Shown in pieces: positions 47,876-62,800 of a DNA stretch of 64,000 bases. The notes below the pieces were generated by a model, which was not told the origin of the DNA, ran no database searches, and worked only from the letters and a program-made list of their open reading frames with translations. The translations under genes and the position numbers were made by a program. Source of the stretch: Phoronis australis (taxonomy: Eukaryota; Animalia; Phoronida); assembly GCA_002633005.1 (NCBI GenBank), contig NMRA01000004.1, positions 249,501 through 313,500 on the forward strand, in the 5' to 3' direction. The first letter of the stretch is position 1. Every line of letters begins with the position of its first letter.

Positions 47876-50800
47876 CTGTAAAAGGATATTCTCTCTCATA
47901 ATCAAAATGATGCTGCAACAGTAGCATCCTCATCGGGGGGGGGGGGGGGGNGTCCAACCACTATCACTAAATATTTACTTTTTGATATTTGAAATTGTAT
48001 CAAGTTCGTTGCACGACCTCACTCATTAACATTCTTTTTAAAAACCTCCACATTCTAACAACAGAAAGAATTTGTAAAGCTAGATATCATTTTCCGTTTT
48101 AACTCGCTGTAGCATATTGGAAATGTTAAGCAAAGTACCCTCAGCTTGTTCGTGTATTTTAGTTCAAATTGCCAAAGAGGGCCCAATTGACCCAGGCGTC
48201 AGTGCGCGTGGCTTACTCCTTTGCAGACAATCAGACGGAATGCGACACTTCATTACGGTCATCCTTGAGATGTGCAGCTTTGCTTATCACCACTTCAGAA
48301 TCGTATTTTGTCCATGGTAAGTGAATTCTACTCATACAGCAAATATGTCCGAATCGAAACTTCTTTGGCATATCGCGGCTCATCAGTCTACGCTGCCCTA
48401 TTTACTCCTACATTCTTTATAATGAACAGCAGAAATTTATTTCCAAATCTTTGCTCGTAGAGCAAAATTTAGTCTCTCAACGAAAGAGAACACTGCGTGT
48501 TTACGCCAGTGTTGAGTGAAAAATATGTTAAATATTGAAACGTATGGATAGAAAAATCATGAAATTCGTACACTTTTAAGGGGTGTCCCTTTAATTCGTT
48601 TTTGATTTTGAAATTTGTAAGCACGTTGTGCATAATATTCCTTTTCTACAGATGGTGAAAGGACAATGGAGGGGGGCACAGAACAGGAAAAGAGGGACAG
48701 GGACGAAGAAGTGTCCAATAAGAGAGGCGTATTGATTGCTTGCATCAAATGATGGAAAAGGGAAAGAAAGAGGGGGGAAAGTAATACGTGACGTTGGTGT
48801 GATTCAGCAGTGGCTTCTTCTAGTGTGGGGTCAACTCAGTCAGAATATAATATTGTCTTTTCTCAGTCTCATTGTCAAGATGGTGGCGATTATCATTCAT
48901 GTGAAGAAGAGAACGATTTTAGCCCAGATATGAAAAGAAACGACTTTGGCTATTTGACGACACCTATTAAAGACGACTTGAAGATGACATTCGTACAACA
49001 GGGTCCAGAAAGTTATCAAATTACAAGAGAACCTTTTGTGGAGAAGGAAAGGACATCCTTTCCAAACAGTGGATTGAAGAGGTTTCCACGAACGGAGAAT
49101 TGGTGAAACATGTTTTGCCTACTGTTTTGCTTGTTTGTTTTTTTTCTCAAATGAGCAGCTGTCATCCATGTCAAAATTTACCAGTGAAGAAGGCTTCTGC
49201 ATTTAAAAAAAGTTAAGTAGAATCCACGAGAAAAGCCCGTGTCATAGAGCTTGATTACCTCAACTTCGAAGTTCGACTACCACAGATGTTGACCTAATCT
49301 CAACAACAAGTGCCAGCTGAAGTTGAAAGATGGAAAGCCTAGGGAACGGATTGTCGAGGTATAATTATTTCTAGCAGAAAAAAACCTAGTCTTTCTAATT
49401 AAACCCCATCTCAGGTCGTTCATGTCACATGAGCAACTGGCCAACCCGGTTTCAATCAGCATTGAAAAAATGACTGATATTAGTAGTTAAATTAAACAAA
49501 GTTTCTAGTTTATGTTTGATATTCTTTACTCTTCTTAGTACTATGGTCCGTTTATTTGAGTAGAGAAAGGGGCATCCCATAAAAACCGCTCCAGGCATCG
49601 CCAACCTCTCCACGCTACTGTGCTGCAAAGATTGTAAACAAATTTATTTGCTTCTTGTATTATACTCCGTTGACCTAAGGTGACTGTATGTTCCACTGAG
49701 CATAAACAAACCCCCACAAATTTATGGTTTTTCTCTCTCTTACGCCTTACGTCAACTATAGACCGAATTTTGAATCGCCACTGAATGTCGTCGGCCATTT
49801 TTAGGACTTGAGTTGTGACTGTTTTATTTAGACTGCGACGGGAGCGCATTATCAGGTGAACCAAAAGTGTGATTAATGCTTTCAGCAACATTAAATGAAG
49901 AAATGACCCTTTGTATCAAAATTCAATTGAACTAAAGACAATTGCTATGCATTTTGTTTAGCTCACGTGCGTACATACGGACATTTTAATGAAAACTCTT
50001 TCGTCGGTAAAACGTTAAGATCCCTGCATATATAAGTATGCATTTGCTCTTTATTCTTGTGGCTTTGCGAATTCTAAAATCGACCCAGGGTATTTTGAAA
50101 AATTACGTACTGGTAGCCCCTGGATCGTGTCTTGCATCCAGTAAGAACAACATTTAATGTTGAATTTATATTTTGAAAATACTAAATAACTGCACAAGTG
50201 ACATTTTTGAAAACAGGCCACGAACTGAAACCTACTGGTTTGATTCGAATGTTGAGCAGCAACACCTCTGCGTATTTATGTGGTACCATTGGCTGACGGA
50301 CGTTGGAAATTTCAACGCGAGATGTCTCGATCGCGAATATTTAAAAACAAAATGCTTCCATCGCGATCCAAGGGTGCCGGAGGATGTTTTAAGTTTTTCC
50401 GGTGTTCAGATAATTAAAGACATCTAATGTTGGAACGTCGACCTATACTGAAGTTAAGAATTTGTCAAGGGACATATATAGTGAATCGTCGAACAACTTA
50501 CCCGTAGAAACTCCTATTGCGCCAATGAGAACAGCTGGAAGCGCGGAAACGAAACAGCCAGCGGCGGCAACGTACGACAGAACTTGCGCTGTCCCGGCGG
50601 TCTTAGAGGAAAGTACTCTTTGGAAGTAGACCTGCGAAACAGGATACGTTTATAGAGTGGGAAGACCGGTGTCAGCTTGCAAATACAACTACTCCGTCTG
50701 CACATCCCCATTGTCGCAGACTTCATATATATCTATGCTATTACGGGAGAACTGTGACGTTGGTGAATGGGAGTATTGGTGAATAGCATTTGGGGCCACT

Positions 50801-53800
50801 TATTGTTGACACGTCATCTGATCCATTCAGGTCATTTCATTTGGTTTCATGTCAAACATATCACTCCTCAGTGACTGGCCGATAATCTCATGAGTTGAAA
50901 GAACATCAGAAAAAATCAGACGTGCTTTATCTCCACGGCAAGTCCCATGAGACTTTAGCCTCTCGAAAAATTATCACGAACTACCTCATACCCTAATTAA
51001 TAGCATGCAAGTTGTACAACACGTAATGTACAAAAACTCGAAGAATAAAGATTAGGACAATAATTCGACGTGTATTTGTGTCTGCGTTGGCAGCTTTCAG
51101 TTCCATGAAAAGACGCCAAAATTTTCGCAGGAACCATTTGCGGTTCTACAAGTTCGGGCTGTACGATCAACCCCCAAAAAATACGCTTTGGTTTCCATTT
51201 CATATCTAAGAATATTTTACTGGGTTGTAGAAAATTTTACCACTCAAACTTGATGCAAAATAGATAGTGATGGTGAGTTTCAAAGATAATCTAGTTGCTG
51301 TCATTCAAAACGCACTGTAACAATGTCGAATGTATACATACCATCCCAAAATGGTAACAAAAGAATTATAACAAATGAGTACGAAGATATCGTTTTGCTG
51401 GGAACTAACTGGGACACCAGAACGGTTCGAATTCCAGACGCCCTTAAGTTTCTTTGGAGAACGTAAAGGTTAGAGAAACTACCATGTTTGACTCTTGCTG
51501 CCGAAAACAGTTTTAATACCTAACGCAGCCAGCTGTGCAGTTTCAGTGCAGATAAGTGAAAGGTAGAGAACGACTATAAACGAAATGTATGTTTTCTGCC
51601 GTGGGTTCGACTGGAACGAAGGATGCAGTAGTTGAATGGATGCTCATTGGGTGGAGCATGCAATAGTCCGTGGAAAAGTTAGCTATGGAAAACCTGAAAA
51701 TGTCTGTTGTCGTTTTTCGACAATTAGAGTCAAATGCCGTCGTTTCACTAACTTGCGTTGCAAATTAGACACTTTGGGGTTCCTGGAATGCGATAGAGGC
51801 ATTTCCGGGATATCTGGTATATACAAACTTCTCCTATTAATATACCTGCCATGGGAGGCCTCCAAAGATGAGCTGAAGGACCGTGTCAATCCAAACGCCT
51901 GTCCTGTGAGTCTCGAACGTGCCCAGCCATTCCGAGGCCGTGTCGCCAATGTTGTTCACGGCAGGGTTTGTCAAACCGAAGGGAATAGATATCCACTGAA
52001 AGAGTTGGCGTTGCAAGTGAAAAATCAGCAACGGCAAAATTGACATTTGTTTACATGTTACTGATTGCTTTCTTCAAAAGCACATTTTAAGGAAATGCGT
52101 TTTCTCTTCACCTTCTTTCCGAAAATTCCATAATGTAACGCCCTAAAAGGATTTTGGCCGAACGATATGTGTGAAGCATGCCTATAAAGTTCAATATCGA
52201 CATGCACTCTTTTTCGTTCCACGTGAATCTAGGATATTTTGAAATGAATATCGTTGAGAAAAACTCCCTACATAGTTCAAACGTGTAAGAGAATTTAGTA
52301 GAACCGTAAGGTGAAACGTTGGTGATCACCAAAGGCGTATCCGAACATAGACCTACTTATGTGCCGTGGGTAGTTCTTTCAGGACCTGTTTCACTGCGAA
52401 AGGGGAACTTTTACGCTTAAATTCATCATGAAAGTTTTCGTTATTTTATGAACTAGGAACTCTATAAAAAGGTTGTTGCAGCAAAACTGAGCGTAAGGGT
52501 TTCGTGCTTTTTTGATTTGTTGTGTGGAAATACCACAATTCATGTTTTTCATAAATTTTAACCCAACAAATAAGCATTTTGTAGGATTTGAAGCACTAGA
52601 GGATTACCGAAAATCTCCTATTGGATGTCTTAACAAATGTGTCCCATTTGATAGTGCTCAACAAATATGTCTGATTAAAAATCATCTAATAATTTTGGCC
52701 TTTGTTGACGCCAAATTTCAACGTAAATCAAGTATCACTATATGATAAATTCCTCGTAGTTATAATTGAGTGCTGTTCTGGCGTGAAAAAAGAGAGCGTA
52801 CCATTGTGTCCCGGGTTCTATGCGTCCTGGGTTCTTTGTGTTACGGGACGGTTCTGTGTGTCTCAGGTTCTATGTGTCCCGTTTTATGGACTTCGGGTTC
52901 TGTGTGTCCCGGGTTCTATGTGTTCCGGGATCTATTTGTCCCAGTCTTTTGCGTAAGCGGAACAGTGTGCAAGTTTTACCTACAATAGCCATTTTAGGTC
53001 CACATGATGATTTTGAGGTGCTTTTTCGATGCTGATAAAAGATAGGGAAAATTTGACCTCATTAACCCTGATTTGCATGCATAATTAGGTCAAAATATGG
53101 CCTAATAGCATAAATTATATGCAGGTATATCTTTGGAACCACTTTTCAGGATCTTTGGGTTGATTCTTATGTTCACCAGGGCGCCCATTTAATTTTTGAC
53201 ACATGAGGTCAATCAAGGTCAGGATCACGTGACAATTAAAAAAACGCCAAAAACGTATATAACTTTCAAACTACAGGCAGTATGTGCAGGTTTCATAAGA
53301 AATTGCCATACTTAGTCCAAATGACCATTTTGAGTTGGCCTTTTCAACCTGATAAAAGGCAAAATAATTCACATGAGATTCTGTCAAGTAAATCAGCAAT
53401 TTAGAAGTATTGCAATCTAGATAGTATCACAAAGACACCGATGCTGAAATGATCATAAATTTTCAGTGCGCGAAATTGCACTCGTATATCTGAACTCGAC
53501 GAAAACTATGGATATAAAGAAGATACATGTTGTTTGTAAATTTATTAAAGATCCGACTAAGATGCGACCTGTAGAGAGCGAAATACAAAAATACACGACA
53601 GAGTAACATGTGTTACTTCAGATTGGCAAAAAAGTCGGCAAGTAATAGAGTAATGTGTTGTTTTTATTCATCGTCATCAGAACCTGGCCGTTGCCAGATC
53701 AAGCAATGCTCAATGGGATTTGAAAATGCGCCTTTAGTTTGCGAGATTTTGGCTAGGTCGCAAGGGGGATCTTAGGTTGATTTTCTTGGCTGGTCGAGCG

Positions 53801-56800
53801 CTGACAAGGGACACATAGAATGCAGTGTGAAAGTAATCATTGTCCCACTGGACAAATTGTCCAACTTGCGTGTATTTGAACGAAACACCCGGGGAATCCA
53901 CTGAATCACGCGCCCGTATGTTGGCATTCAAACACATGCAGCTAAGACATTCTCTACAGGGAGACAATCACAACTACCACACCGGGACACACAGAACCCG
54001 GGACACATAGAACCCTGATGTGTTTAAAACAGGACATACAGAACTCAGGACACATAGAACCCTGATACATATATAAAACAGGACACACAGAACCCGGGAC
54101 ACATAGAACATGGGACACATCGGGATGACCTAAAAAATGGCCAAGTGCCTGGAAAATTAACTAAAAAATCGACACAGTTGCCATTTTAGAATGCAAGGAA
54201 AATCTAAGAAGAGTTGGATATTCGACGTATGTAAACACGGTAAAGGCGCAGAGAGAGCAAAGTCGAAGAAATTTCACGTACTCTTCAAATAACTCACAAA
54301 TTTTTCACAGAACAAAATTCATGGTTTTATTCCCCAGAGAGGAGATCGATAAAAGTTATGTTTGAGCTATTAGAACAATATGTGAACTTGGTGTCGACCC
54401 CAATCTTTTGCACTTGCTTAATGTCACAACTGCAACGATCAGTTCATCAAGAGCATCGCTTTTAATTTTCCTTTTTCACCAACACCGTAACAGGGAACTC
54501 CGGTCTACTGTAAACTCACCGCAACTCCACTTACCTTTCTAATTGACTGGCGACATCGGAGCTCTACCCTTAGCTCTATGACTTTTGAAAACACCAAGTG
54601 ACGTATTTGAACCATGCTCTCGAACTAATGGATTCGAGATTAATAAACACTACCCGCTATTTACGATGAATAATGCCAGACTGATCAGTGTTATTCTCAG
54701 AGTAGAAAGATAAAAACAAAAGGAGTAAGATCTATGAACATTGATCCCTACAAGAGACACTTTAGATTACCTTGGGAGCCCTTCTATGACTTCAAAAACA
54801 TTATGATAAACTGAGGTCGAGGATTGAAATCAATACTAGTTGTAAAAAACAATCATCGGAATCGACAGGTGAAGTATCAAATCTGTGCTCCATAGCTTCT
54901 GCGTTCTTAGTCTGTTTTGTGCTATGCAGCTATTCATTATCTAATGAAAACGTGGTAATAGACTATATATTGTCATGGCACCATCTGCTAATGCAACCAC
55001 GCACTCTTCTGAGACTGTATATTGTCATGATTTAATCAGCTAATGAAACCATGCACTCTTCAGAGCTGTATATTGTCATGGTTTCATCAGCTAATGAAAC
55101 CACGCACTCTTCTGAGACTGTATATTGTCATGATTTAATCAGCTAATGAAACCATGCACTCTTCAGAGCTGTATATTGTCATGGTTTCACCAGCTAATGA
55201 AAGCACGCTCTATTTAGAGTCTTTATATTGTCATGGTTTCATCATCTAATATTCGTTGAGTTTCGCGTGATTGGTGTCGCGACCTCTAGCGATTACTCCA
55301 GTTGAAGTGGAGTTAACGTTTTCCACCGAAGTAAGTTGCACAGGAGTTGCGATGGCCGGGAATTTAGCTCTTCTATATAGTGTAATTTCACAAAGCAACT
55401 GCGCTGTTGGCGGTAAAGTAGTTTGGCATAAAGTTCTAAACTATGAACACGTCCCGCACGTTTAACTAAACAACGAAGAACTAAATTAGTAATGAGTGAG
55501 TCAATTTTCGATGATTGTGCGATCGAAATTTTATTGGACCCACAAAAATACTTTCGCAACATTCGAAACAAATGCTTTTGGTGGTCAGAATGGTTATTTA
55601 TTTATTTATTTATTTATTTATTGAATGAATGTAGACTTCAAACAACACAATGCATGTAACATGAAAAGAAAAAACATTTCCTGAAATTCAATATAACGGA
55701 CGCATGACCCAATGTCATTCTGGGCGCGTGCCGCAAGTAAGACCGACGTAGGATAGTGTTGGCCGGGACGAAACGCAATTTCTTTCACGGGCATTTTGAG
55801 ACGGTTGCCATGTTTATCTGAATCATGTGACTGCACTGTGCAGCACAATAGCTGCACTGTGACGAGGTGACGGGCGTAGCGAATTTTTAAAAAAGCTGGG
55901 AAATCTTACTTCGTTAAATCCCGATCCAAGAACGCCTCAAACGCCCAACTAATTTATCACCATATAGCGACGAGGAGAATTTCTTACATGTCGCCGTCGT
56001 TGTTAGATCGGAAACTGGCTGTTGATACCTATGATTGCTAGATTGCAATGACACGATCGGCGAGAAAAGTAATTTTCTGAGATCCACTTCAGTGCGGAAT
56101 CGAGCCTGCAACTCCCATCGGTCGCATTTGAACGCTCTGCCGTCGGAGCAAAACAACACTCCATAAATGACAATGAAAGTGTTTTAAGCGTACACAGCGA
56201 CGATAATTGGCAATTTGTATTAAAACCACAAACGCACATCACGTCTGTCCCATCCAAGAATAATCCGTAAAACTGATAGTGTCCCTTTCAGCACTTTGAC
56301 AAGAACTTACCAAGCCGACAAATATGCAAATGAGTTGTATGACGTCAGTATAGGCTACAGAGTACAGTCCCCCGAACAACGTATAAACCACGGCAATGCA
56401 AGCTGAGACCACTATTGAGGTAATGTTGTCAATGTCGACGATGACGGAAAGAGTGGCACCTAGAATAATTCAAACAAATGTGTTAAGTGGATAATTGTTT
56501 GCGCAACACAGCTCCTTCTAGCACAACTAGAACATTGCGCTGTGATTGTTGAGTCACTGCACTTGATTATCAGTTTGTACTTGGACCCGTGGCCTAGCTC
56601 GTGTGTGAATAAATAAATAAGATATTATTTAGCTCAACAAATCTCTTTATTGGACGTCTTTCGGGGACAACTGTTGCCGATGTACACGTTAGTTCTCCAG
56701 TATATCTGTGAAGCTAAAAATCCAAGGACAAATAATTTTAATGCCGTTGTCTCATGTAGCTATTTCTGTGCCCGGGCGTGCGTTCCGTAGACGCAAGGAA

Positions 56801-59800
56801 CTCGCGAAAACGCAAGATCACGCAAGTGTTCGCGAGATACCGCTACACCTTGAAAAGCGAAGCACGTGATCACACATGAGTGCCTTGTGTCTACGGACTG
56901 GAGCCCTGTTTATGTCCTGGTTTAAAGAGGCCTGGAACGCTGTAAACTGAATAAATTGTAATATTGAAAGTGGCTCTCTGCCACTGAAACAGAATTCAAA
57001 CTGCTCACCAGGTATTGTTAGGGTTTGTTTGTAAAGATTTTTAGTTTATGTTGATATCAAAGTATTTTCTTTGTTTCAAATTTCAAAACCTGTCTATCAA
57101 CTGCTCTCCACTTCGTCGATTTTTCTCCTATAAGGCAAAGCGTGTCCCCATATTTGGTATGGAAAGACTTCGAGCAACTGACTGTGAGGGCATGCGCGCA
57201 TTTATCACAAGTGGCAGGGAGATTAGAAACTCTGTGGTAACCACAGAGTTTTTCCTTCGCGCGTATTTCAAAAATCGTGAATTTTGTGATTTTTTTCTGG
57301 AAATGTCCTCGAAGGGGAAAATGAATTGACCTGCGCTAGACGTTGCGAGGTAGTACTTTCGTCAGGAATTGTTTAAAAGATATTTTTGCCTCTTTAAATT
57401 TTCTGTTTTCCTTACGCAGTCGCGGATCACGTATTTTGTCCAGTGGATGCGACAATGGAAACACACAAGGAGTGCTTGAGATTCCTCCTCCACATCAATG
57501 CAAAAGTGACTCTGGACCCTCGTATGATTTCGTAAATACCGAACGTTGGTGTCATTTTTAACTGTGCGCAATATGAGAGCACCCAGTCCCTTTGTCCGGA
57601 CACCAATAGGCTATATGCGCACCTTCGGAGTCTTTGAGACTACTGTACACTATCTGACGATGTGTGAATTAGCTGATCACGAGTTAGGAGTATTGACAGT
57701 ATAAATCATCCTTCATTGTGTTTAGTGCTCAAATGTCGCCAGATACTGGTGCTCACCGTATCCCGTATTTATGGTATAAATAATGAAGAAGGGCGAGGCG
57801 TTGCGTTTGTGGTGGTTGTAACAACTGTATGTGACAACGCTTTTGCTCTTTTCACTTTGCATCGGTACTTCAGAAGCGCCAATATGGCGCAAAATTGCAC
57901 AAGAAACTATATTTTCTCGTTTTTTGGTGTTGCTTTCTCAATTGTGATGTACAGTGTTATAAAGGAAGATTTAATGATTCTGACAATGTCGACACAGGTC
58001 AAAACAATGTGAACTGTGATTTTAAGCGCTTTAAATTCAGAGTGTCGGGGTAGCTATGCATGAATGAAGATGTGATGCACGTTCGGTAAAGTTAGTCAAT
58101 CGGGACACACTTGTGGCGAGAAACGTTCTGTAGCAGCAATAGGGACTTAAAGGTTTCTCACATCATTTAAAATTTCGGTTTTGCCGACCAATCTCTTTCA
58201 GTGGCAATCATTTTGTTTGTAGGATTGTACGGTAGCGGGCTTATTGGGGAAACCCTTGTGAGATATTACTTTTCAGGTGCATGAACACGCACGATATAAA
58301 CGCACATTAAATACTATACAGTATTTAGTCTATGACAGAAGTCTTACAGATTGTTCACCTGGCACTGATCTTACCTAGAGCTGACAGAATGGACGCCGAC
58401 CAGAACACCTCACCCATCAAAGCCGGTATGAAAAGTAAACCGCCCATTCTTCCGCCAAATTTTTGTTGGAATGGATCCAACATAGTTACGTAACCTTGCT
58501 CTCTCATCTTCTTCGCAAAGAATAACCCACCTGAAATAGCAAGGACTTTGATTTTGAAGAAATACAAACCTGAGTTTTCATGAATTAACCGTTCTTATTG
58601 CTTGAGACGAAGGTAATAAGTTGGCTTGACACGGTTGGTCCGAGCATGGCCCCAATTCCCAAAACCAAAAGTCATTTGTAATCTGGTGAAGACGAAGTTG
58701 AGACTAGTTTCACAACGGGTGGTTACAGACGGGTTCATAGTAAAATAGTTTAAATGTTAAAACTTACCGTTGACGAAGATACTTGCTGGGAATTATATGC
58801 AGAGTGATGCCTCGCAAGTCAGCTTAGCATGCGCTCTAGTCTGCGATAGGTCTTAAAAGGGCACAATTGGTTTTACGGCCGAAAGAAACGCATTTTGGAG
58901 GTTATTATTGGAAAGGATCGACTTCTTGAAGCTATTAACAAGAGCTATAAAACAAAATCTGTTGTCTTTTTTTGATTTTATTATAAATCACCAGTTCCAA
59001 CAAAAACTTCCAGTCAAAGTTAATTGAAGTCTATCAAGGCGGTGACTTGGGAAAGTGATGATTGCTACTAGGTGGACACCGAGACCTACAAGGGCGGCGT
59101 TTAGTGCTGATCAAAGCCGTCGAGAAATAAAGAGCCAAACTAACAACCTCAAGAAGTCCATACTTCCAAAAAAATAACTCCAAAATGCGTTTTTCCACCA
59201 GTAAACTGTTTTTGTATCCCTTAAACAATCGGGTGAAGCCAATACTTACCCACAGCAAGACTAAGAGCGTATCCAAATGGCGCCAAGCACCACACCATGC
59301 CGGAACCAGGTGTGAAAATGACTTCAGCTGTCCCATTTATATAGCCTCCTCCCACCCATGTGGCTGAAAGATCGAGTTAAAACATTCAGTGGACATTATT
59401 TGTCGATATTAAGCATTCGTTACAGAATTCTATACCACGTGAATGTGTGTGATCTCCCATTTCTCGCTAGAAATTTGGTCTACGGAAAGCATCCTGGTTC
59501 AAAACACCAGTGTAGGCCTACATAAGTTACCCGAGATTTCCGAGTGTCCCCGGACGTATGATGTTTAATCCGGCATTGATCGTGTCTCTAAATTCCAGTT
59601 ACAATTGCGACTATTAAGCCCCAGTCACGCCAGACCCCCAACTCTGCAGTACAAATGTCAAAATCCGCACACCGAAAATTCCGCATACGCATCGCAAACA
59701 CTCCTTCTGCGGTTACTAAAATCCAATCCCGGGGATCAAGACTTGCACTTGAGGCGTATTTCTGATTATCTGTGTTGAATGTTACGACTTGTAGCGATTA

Positions 59801-62800
59801 CTCCCGTTGGAGTGGAGTTACTTAAAGTACCAATATTGAGAGGAGTTGTCGCGGTTATTTAAATCAGGTGGTTACGCTTTCCCACTAACTGAAACTCCAC
59901 AAAAGTAAAACAAGGAAGTGTTGGTCCCAATGATAAAGCGACATAAGTTTCCGCCTCTTGGGTACACAGAATGTCATGATTCTGATTTTCAAATGTAACA
60001 ACGGAAACAATTCATGGTCAAGCTTAGGTAGGTAACACGCGTGTAAATCGTAGCTCGTTGTTTGAAAACCTATTGACTAAGTTCTCGACACTTTTGTCAA
60101 ACTAATTAGACTAAAACAGGAACAACCATTTTTAAAAGTTTCAACGTTTACTTTTCTATCTACCCAGACATTTTACTTATAAATCTAATAAATTTACAGT
60201 ATCCTTACCCTTAGTTCAGCTGCAACACAAATAATTGTGTTCAATCATACACACTGTTTGCGCATCTGCATAAGACATAATGCACTAGTGCACAAAATAA
60301 AAAAACATATTCATACTACAGTGAAGAGAAGTAATCAAAACTAAAATGAAGATAAGACTCTAAGATGGATATTGTATTTTGGGCCCAGGAAGAAGATTGA
60401 GTATAACACATTTCCACAAGGGAACATACACGCCTTTAATGCAAATGAGCTTAGCTGATACTGCACGTCTGCGGCAAAAGGACCCGTGAGGATTTTGCCT
60501 CGTGAGGCGAATGTCTCACTTGTTGGACTTCTTTCACTTGGCAAACGTAAATCCTCACAGCATGCTGACGATGTGAGCTAAGTGCTTCGCCGATTACTTT
60601 TGGTAGCCAGTGAAAATATTTCTTGTACCACCTGACGGCAACAAATTTCTCCGGCTGGGTCACTGTAACCGTGAGTAGGCCCTACTACATTTGCGCTGTT
60701 GATTACTAACGAAGCATAGGCCTACAGTCGGAAAAGTAAGCGTTTTCTTCGCTGTGTTCGGGTAACAAAGTTCCGAGGCAAATTTCACTTAAGACACACA
60801 GCTCATCTCGGTCCGTCTACGCAAGTGAAAGCTAGTGAAATCACATATTTCTCTTGTAATGTTTGACTTGAAACTCCGGAGTCAAAATCAGATAGGCCTA
60901 CACTATAGCCACCATACTGAAAAGTATGTATCTTGGAACAAATATATTTTTGTTTAACCTTCGAGTAATCCAGCAACATTGTCAAGTTTAGCCATCCACA
61001 CAGTTTGACTATCCATCGTTTACACAGTCGGCATCACTTTTCGGCTTAGGGGAATACCGAAAAAGTAACGGGATATTCTTCTCGAGTTGTATAACGGCTG
61101 TCACACGCTATATCAACATCACTGCACCATTATCATCGCATATTTTTTTTGCTATAGACTAAAATAAGCTTTACCGAGCACGTGTTGTTTGTTGGGTAAA
61201 ATGGCGCGGCTTGGAAACGCAGACGTGACGAAGGTGTGTCAAGAATGCTGTGTTGTGATTGGTCAGTTAAGCCGTAGGTCATAATGTAGGCGATAGGTAA
61301 ATTGTGAGCAGAATATGAGACGTGAATGTAACAAGGGGTAGAATCTTGTCAGTATATTTCTGTGTCAACAATTCATACACTCATACAATAATTCACCGTC
61401 AGCAGTGTCACAGCTGGCACAAAACCCCTGTTTGTTTGAGAAGCACAAAACGATTCAGGAAGCAGACATCTTGGGAATAGCACGGACACAATATTTTCCT
61501 CTCGTTTAATTGGCTGCTCTGCTTATACTGCACTAATATCTAGTGGCTAACAAAGTGTTTGAAGGATGTTTTTTCTTACTAAATGTGCAGATGTTATTTT
61601 GGGAACTTTGTTAAAATTTACTTTTGAATATCTGGAGAACGATTTAATCTCAAGTTCCCATTGCCCCCAGAAATAACCACGGACGTGAAAGATATGAAGA
61701 CCGGGACTGTGGCCTATCAGATAATATTTCAGAATTCCAAGCACATACTGTAATGAAATAGTTGTCAGTTCGATCAACTGCAGAAAAGGCTGAAGATAAA
61801 TCTAACAGGTGTAATATCTTATCTATGCTTGGAGCAAATATTGAATTTTCAGCGCTCTGGAAAGTATCGTGCACAAACTGTAAACAGCTAGACGTCAATG
61901 CAGGTTATCCTAGAGAATGCAGTTATGCAGAACGAAAGGACCCTAACTCGTGGTCCTAGTTCACTAGTGTAAGCGAAGCTGAGCACGGACTTAACCTGTT
62001 TCACTCTGCAACAATATTGTTCGGTGTTTTTTTAATAAAAACATCTTAACCAAAAGAGTCCTTTTGTCTTTTCTTTTCGAAAACCTCAGCGAGGCCATTC
62101 ACAGCAGAGCCCTGGCCTGATCTCCGCTATACTCAAAACTTGACTCGAAATTTGAATAACTGCATTTTAGGCCTTCGAGTTAACTTGTTATGTACTCGAA
62201 TCAAGCAGCATCATTGATTATTTTCGGATTTGAGTCTGAGTCGAGTCAGATTTGGGATATTAGACCCTGTGTCAAGAACTTGGTGGTGTTGAATCATGCC
62301 ATTTCATGCACCCGACGTAATGGCAAGTTCTAAAGGGGTGATAACCAGCTGCAGTGACTAAACCCAAACCAGTGTTGCTTTAATATTGCTTTTGCAAAAT
62401 ATTGTGAGGCCTGCATAAGTAGTACTGCGCAATTAATCTATGAAATGTTTGAATCCGAATCCTTGTTTGTGGACCATTGATGGGCTTTAATATACTTGGA
62501 ATCGAAACTAGACAGGATTTTACAAGTTTTCACAAAGTTTTGAAATTTTCGCGAACACGTTTCTATGGACACCAATTCAAATTTCCCGCGCCTATTGTTA
62601 GAAAATGAAAGGACAGGCGGTTTTAGGCATTATTGATATTCTGATCAATAATCATGATTTGTTCAGATATGCAACGTACACTTTAATTTGAATTTTAACA
62701 CTCTTATTCACTAAACTTCAAACTGCAGCTTTAATAGCAACATAGTGTGTTTTACATGTCAAATTCAAATTTTGTTAATCGCTCTGTTTTCTTAGCATAA

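Noticed and set aside
47876-47957. N-terminal MDXPPPPP... extension of the 281-aa SLC5A7 ORF
   Set aside because: Intronic read-through across a poly-G run and an N; the true exon starts at 47875.
54331-54340. COE/UNC-3 cholinergic selector motif (TCCCCAGAGA), and a similar site at 59727
   Set aside because: Imperfect, isolated short matches that are expected by chance in 16 kb.
54941-55250. Hammerhead motif in the 51/52-bp array (CTGATGA and CTGAAGA on the minus strand)
   Set aside because: No GAAA follows a closed stem II in the required position, and there is no stem III or cleavage triplet.
60341-60663. ORFs with FVAVRW..YF, faintly like transposon protein tails
   Set aside because: Too short and degenerate to assign without a database search.
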